NCBI GenBank assembly: GCA_963843145.1
Contig: CAWJJC010000028.1
Coordinates: forward strand, 512,001-576,000
Source: an uncultured delta proteobacterium
GTDB taxonomy: Bacteria; Desulfobacterota; RBG-13-43-22
Length of the DNA: 64,000 bases
Direction of reading: 5' to 3'
The first letter of the stretch is position 1; every line of letters starts with the position of its first letter. Positions 60,979 to 64,000 of the stretch are shown here, one piece after another. The position numbers and the translations under genes are program-made. The notes under the pieces were generated by a model, which was not told the origin of the DNA, ran no database searches, and worked only from the letters and a program-made list of their open reading frames with translations.

Positions 60979-62189
60979 GCCTGATTAGAGAATCCCTAAA
61001 AAAAGCGCAGGAAGACGATCGGAACGACAAGACGACCGCTACGTTGATCTCGGGTTCTAAGTCCCCCGGGGGTAAAAAGGTGCCCACCAGCACGGTTATC
61101 CTGATCGGTATCGGGGTGGTGTTGATCGCCGGAGTGTATTTGTTTCTCTATCTGCCCGGCTCGCCCAAGTCGGCTGTCCCCGGGGGCGCAGCGGCGCCTA
61201 AACCCGTGATCGCGGCTCAAGCCTCTTCTCCGGCCACCCCGGCCAAGCCGGAGCTCGGCGCGGCCTTACCCTCTCCGGGGCCGACGTTAAAGACGGAATC
61301 CAAGCCTGTTCTTAGGAGTCCTGCACGGGTCAGCGGTCCAATGTCGGGTGCCATGGGTCTAACCCCGGCAGAGGGAAAGTCTTCTAAAGTCCCCTTAAAA
61401 GAAAAACTGGTGGAGGCCTCGATCCTAGGACCGGGAGCGACCCTAGCGAAGAAAGCCGGCCGGGAGAAAGAGGGGCGGGCTGACTTGACGGTCCAGCTCA
61501 AGAAAAAAACCGAACAGGGACCGGGAGCAAAAGGATCAGCCCGGGAAGTCCCGTCCGCGAACTTGAAGGGGGCCGGTGAACCACAGGGCAGGGAAAGTGA
61601 GGAGACCCTCAAGCAGTACTACCAGCAGGCTTATTCCTGGCAGCAGGAAGGGAAGATGGAGCAGGCCTTGTCCCGTTACCGTGAAATATTAGGACAGGAT
61701 CCCTCTAATCCCTATGTCTTGACGAACCTGGGACTTATCTATCAACAGAAGGGAAACTGGAAGGAAGCCGTCTCCTTGTATGAAAAAGCCCTAGAGTCGG
61801 ATCCGAAGTTTGTGCCGGCCGTGCAAAACCTGGGGGTGGCCTACATAAAGGCCGGCAACAGCGAGGAAGCGGCTCGCTGGCTGGAACGAACCCTGGTCCT
61901 CCAACCCGACAATGCCAATGCCCTGGTCAATCTGGGCATACTCTACAAAAGACGGGGCGATCGGGAAATGGCCCGTCAGTACTTGAGAAAGGCCTGGACG
62001 CTGAATAATCGTCTCCCGGAAGCCAACTATAACCTGGCCCGCCTGGAGGAGGAGGCTGGAAATATCCCTGAAGCGTATCAGTATTACCAGCAGTTTATCA
62101 GAATCCGAAATGACCCCAGCGATAACCTGGTCCGGGAAGTCCAGCGCCATGTTCAAAATTGGAAGGTTCCCGAGCCGAACCAAAAGTGA
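60975..62189 (+). CDS. MshN/GspB-like TPR protein
   Basis: MSLIRESLKKA, TM, Pro-rich linker, TPR repeats. Confidence 0.85.
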   Translation: MSLIRESLKKAQEDDRNDKTTATLISGSKSPGGKKVPTSTVILIGIGVVLIAGVYLFLYLPGSPKSAVPGGAAAPKPVIAAQASSPATPAKPELGAALPSPGPTLKTESKPVLRSPARVSGPMSGAMGLTPAEGKSSKVPLKEKLVEASILGPGATLAKKAGREKEGRADLTVQLKKKTEQGPGAKGSAREVPSANLKGAGEPQGRESEETLKQYYQQAYSWQQEGKMEQALSRYREILGQDPSNPYVLTNLGLIYQQKGNWKEAVSLYEKALESDPKFVPAVQNLGVAYIKAGNSEEAARWLERTLVLQPDNANALVNLGILYKRRGDREMARQYLRKAWTLNNRLPEANYNLARLEEEAGNIPEAYQYYQQFIRIRNDPSDNLVREVQRHVQNWKVPEPNQK

Positions 62190-62314
62190 TGTCTAACTAA
62201 AAAGTCCGTTTTTGCACAAATTCCGCTCCGGATACCGGGTGGTTTACCACTTCAGATAAAAACGGACGCGAAAGATAGCCCCAAAGCGCCGAGTCGTAGG
62301 GGAGGGGTTAATCC

Positions 62315-62732
62315 CATACGCGCTAACTTAAAGAGTGAGGGTTTCTATGTTGTCATTCCGGCGAAAGCCGGAATCCAGGGAGGCACCACTGGATAAACAC
62401 CCTGCGGTATACGTTCTGGCAAGCCAAAGAAATGGGACCCTGTATGTTGGTGTAACATCAGACCTTGTTAAAAGGATTTGGGAACATAAAAACAACCTAG
62501 TCGAAGGGTTTACCAAACGCTATGGAGTCCATCGACTGGTTTGGTATGAACTGCACGGGAGCATGGAAGCCGTTATTAATCGGGAAAAGCAGATAAAAGA
62601 ATGGAAACGCAAGTGGAAGCTCGAATTAATTGAAGAGACGAATCGAAATTGGGCGGATTTGTATTATAGTATAGTCTGAACTGGATTCCGGCTTTCGCCG
62701 GAATGACAATCTTTCTAAAGTTAGCGCTTATG
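62315..62732. mobile_element. 418-bp cassette: IS4-like TIRs + REP palindromes + GIY-YIG gene
   Basis: TIRs CATACGCGCTAACTT / AAGTTAGCGCTTATG (14/15); direct repeat GGGGTTAATCC at 62304-62314 and 62733-62743; perfect 29-bp internal inverted repeats. Confidence 0.85.
62389..62679 (+). CDS. stand-alone GIY-YIG nuclease (probable CTG start)
   Basis: VYVLASQRNGTLYVGVTSDLVKRIWEH, FTKRY, REKQIKEWKRKWK; GGAGG RBS before CTG 62389. Confidence 0.92.
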   Translation: MDKHPAVYVLASQRNGTLYVGVTSDLVKRIWEHKNNLVEGFTKRYGVHRLVWYELHGSMEAVINREKQIKEWKRKWKLELIEETNRNWADLYYSIV

Positions 62733-62768
62733 GGGGTTAATCCCCTCCCGCACCTTGCCGGGCCGACA

Positions 62769-62823
62769 ACACGAAATATGAATTTGTTTCGAGTTTCGAA
62801 ATTCGGATTTCGTGTTTCGGATT
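62769..62823. repeat. partial CGAAATT-family element
   Basis: GAATTTGTTTCGAGTTTCGAAATTCGGATTTCGTGTTTCGGATT. Confidence 0.7.
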
Positions 62824-62831
62824 GTTGGTGA

Positions 62832-63107
62832 TTACTGTATATACCCGGAGCAGATTTTTCCCAGGCCTTTCAGTTTAAAAACTTTTCCCAGTTCCCCTAG
62901 CAGCAGGTTGGTGGAGGCCTCTATTTTTTCGAGGTCTTGTTCGGTCAGGGCGGAGGGCAGAAACTGATGGATTAATTCCTTTAGGATTTCCAGTTGTTGG
63001 ACGATTTCCGGACTGATGGTTTGGCCGCCCATGTATTCATGGACCTCCAAAATAGTGTGGAGACAGTGTTGCATCCGCCATTGAAGCCTGGAAATGGAAG
63101 GGTCCAA
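62832..63107 (-). CDS. hypothetical protein
   Basis: 91-aa helical protein co-oriented with pilT. Confidence 0.65.
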   Translation of the reverse strand: MDPSISRLQWRMQHCLHTILEVHEYMGGQTISPEIVQQLEILKELIHQFLPSALTEQDLEKIEASTNLLLGELGKVFKLKGLGKICSGYIQ

Positions 63108-63117
63108 AATAGCGCTA

Positions 63118-63585
63118 TCAAGTCAAGGGTTGCCGGCGGAGCTGGAGGTAGACCCCGAACAAATCCAGATATTCCTGCCGGGATTCGGCCATCAAGCGGA
63201 TGGTGTCCATCAGGTAATCAGGATGGATGACCAGGTTGACGCTGAGGGCAAAGGCGGTCAGGTAGTCACGGGTTTTAACCGAGGTACCGATCCAGGCCAC
63301 AAACAGGGTCCGCCGGGTAGGGGCCGGAAGCTTGGCGATGAAGTTCAGCAGCGGATTCAGGTGGGGTTGATGGGTGCTAAACCCCTCGGATAGAAGCAGA
63401 AATTCGGGGGTCGAAAAGGTCAGCCGCTGGATGGCGTCTTCCAGGGAAGCGGCGATCTTAACCTCCATTCCGGCCTCGATCAACGGTGGGAGGAGTAATT
63501 CATTTAACGAACTGGGCTCCAGAGCCAGCAGGATGGCTTTTCCTTCCAGGAACTCCTGTTCAGTTGTTGTGGCTGGCTGGTTCAT
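63118..63585 (-). CDS. hypothetical protein, receiver-like fold
   Basis: AASLEDAIQRL, RRTLFV, KTRDYLTAF..SVNLVI; GAGG RBS; downstream of pilT. Confidence 0.7.
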   Translation of the reverse strand: MNQPATTTEQEFLEGKAILLALEPSSLNELLLPPLIEAGMEVKIAASLEDAIQRLTFSTPEFLLLSEGFSTHQPHLNPLLNFIAKLPAPTRRTLFVAWIGTSVKTRDYLTAFALSVNLVIHPDYLMDTIRLMAESRQEYLDLFGVYLQLRRQPLT

Positions 63586-63601
63586 CTAAAATACGCCCTC
63601 C

Positions 63602-64000
63602 TTAACGGCGAACCTTTTTTCTCTCGTATTCCACGTCCAGTTTAAGGCCCGCGATATCGGTTGTTTTTTCTCCCCGTCGGCTTTTAATCTGATCGATTCC
63701 TAAATGCACTACCGAACGCTTCGAGGCGTAAAGCCCGGCGGTTTCTTCGGTAATGACCCCCTGCTCATAGGCAGCCAGGATATCCTGGTCAAAGGTCTGG
63801 CTTCCAAAAGGTCTGCTGGTCTCGATAATTTCATAAAAAGTCTTTCCTTCGGATTCGCCGGTTGAAATTAGTTCCTGGATTCGAAGGGATGTACCCATGA
63901 TTTCGAAGACGGCGAAGCGTTCCCCATCCGTTTTGGGGAGCAGACGCTGGCAGACCACCCAGCGCAACGCCCCGGCCAGACGGGTGCGGACCTGTCTTTC
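63602..64000 (-). CDS. pilT: PilT/PilU retraction ATPase (5' end outside window)
   Basis: RLAGALRWVVCQRLLP, FEIM, GSQTFDQ. Confidence 0.85.
   Translation of the reverse strand, partial: ERQVRTRLAGALRWVVCQRLLPKTDGERFAVFEIMGTSLRIQELISTGESEGKTFYEIIETSRPFGSQTFDQDILAAYEQGVITEETAGLYASKRSVVHLGIDQIKSRRGEKTTDIAGLKLDVEYERKKVRR

Noticed and set aside
62335-62388. N-terminal extension of GIY-YIG (MRVSMLSFRRKPESR)
   Set aside because: It is the translated REP palindrome; RBS and family start point to 62389

Overview
Chromosomal window from a GC-rich anaerobe, most likely Desulfobacterota/deltaproteobacterial (inferred from gene content). Scattered single-base frameshifts in otherwise intact genes suggest an error-prone, probably long-read, assembly. 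Contents in order: (1) pgpA-cinA-thpR-recA-alaS operon with a structured leader, a divergent palindromic operator, an uncalled 49-aa membrane ORF and a WYL regulator; (2) an anaerobic nicotinate cluster (enamidase, DUF1185, XRE-cupin regulator, two HAAT ABC transporters, CoA-acylating aldehyde dehydrogenase, NdhS/F/LM, 6-hydroxynicotinate reductase, UPF0280/ApbE-like protein) interrupted by a small accessory island; (3) an IclR / 4-hydroxybenzoyl-CoA-reductase-like / DhbE-like ligase / TRAP operon; (4) adenine deaminase running in frame into vapBC, DUF362, MazEF-like TA and an IS630 remnant; (5) two convergent minor-pilin cassettes and an MSHA-like pilus operon, ending in pilT. Intergenic DNA holds several nested palindromic repeat families. 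Top candidates for undescribed biology: a 418-bp cassette in which a stand-alone GIY-YIG nuclease is bracketed by perfect 29-bp REP-like palindromes and IS4-like ends inserted in a GTAG REP; the WYL-recA-small membrane protein module; and a candidate ortho-hydroxybenzoyl(salicylyl)-CoA reductase operon.
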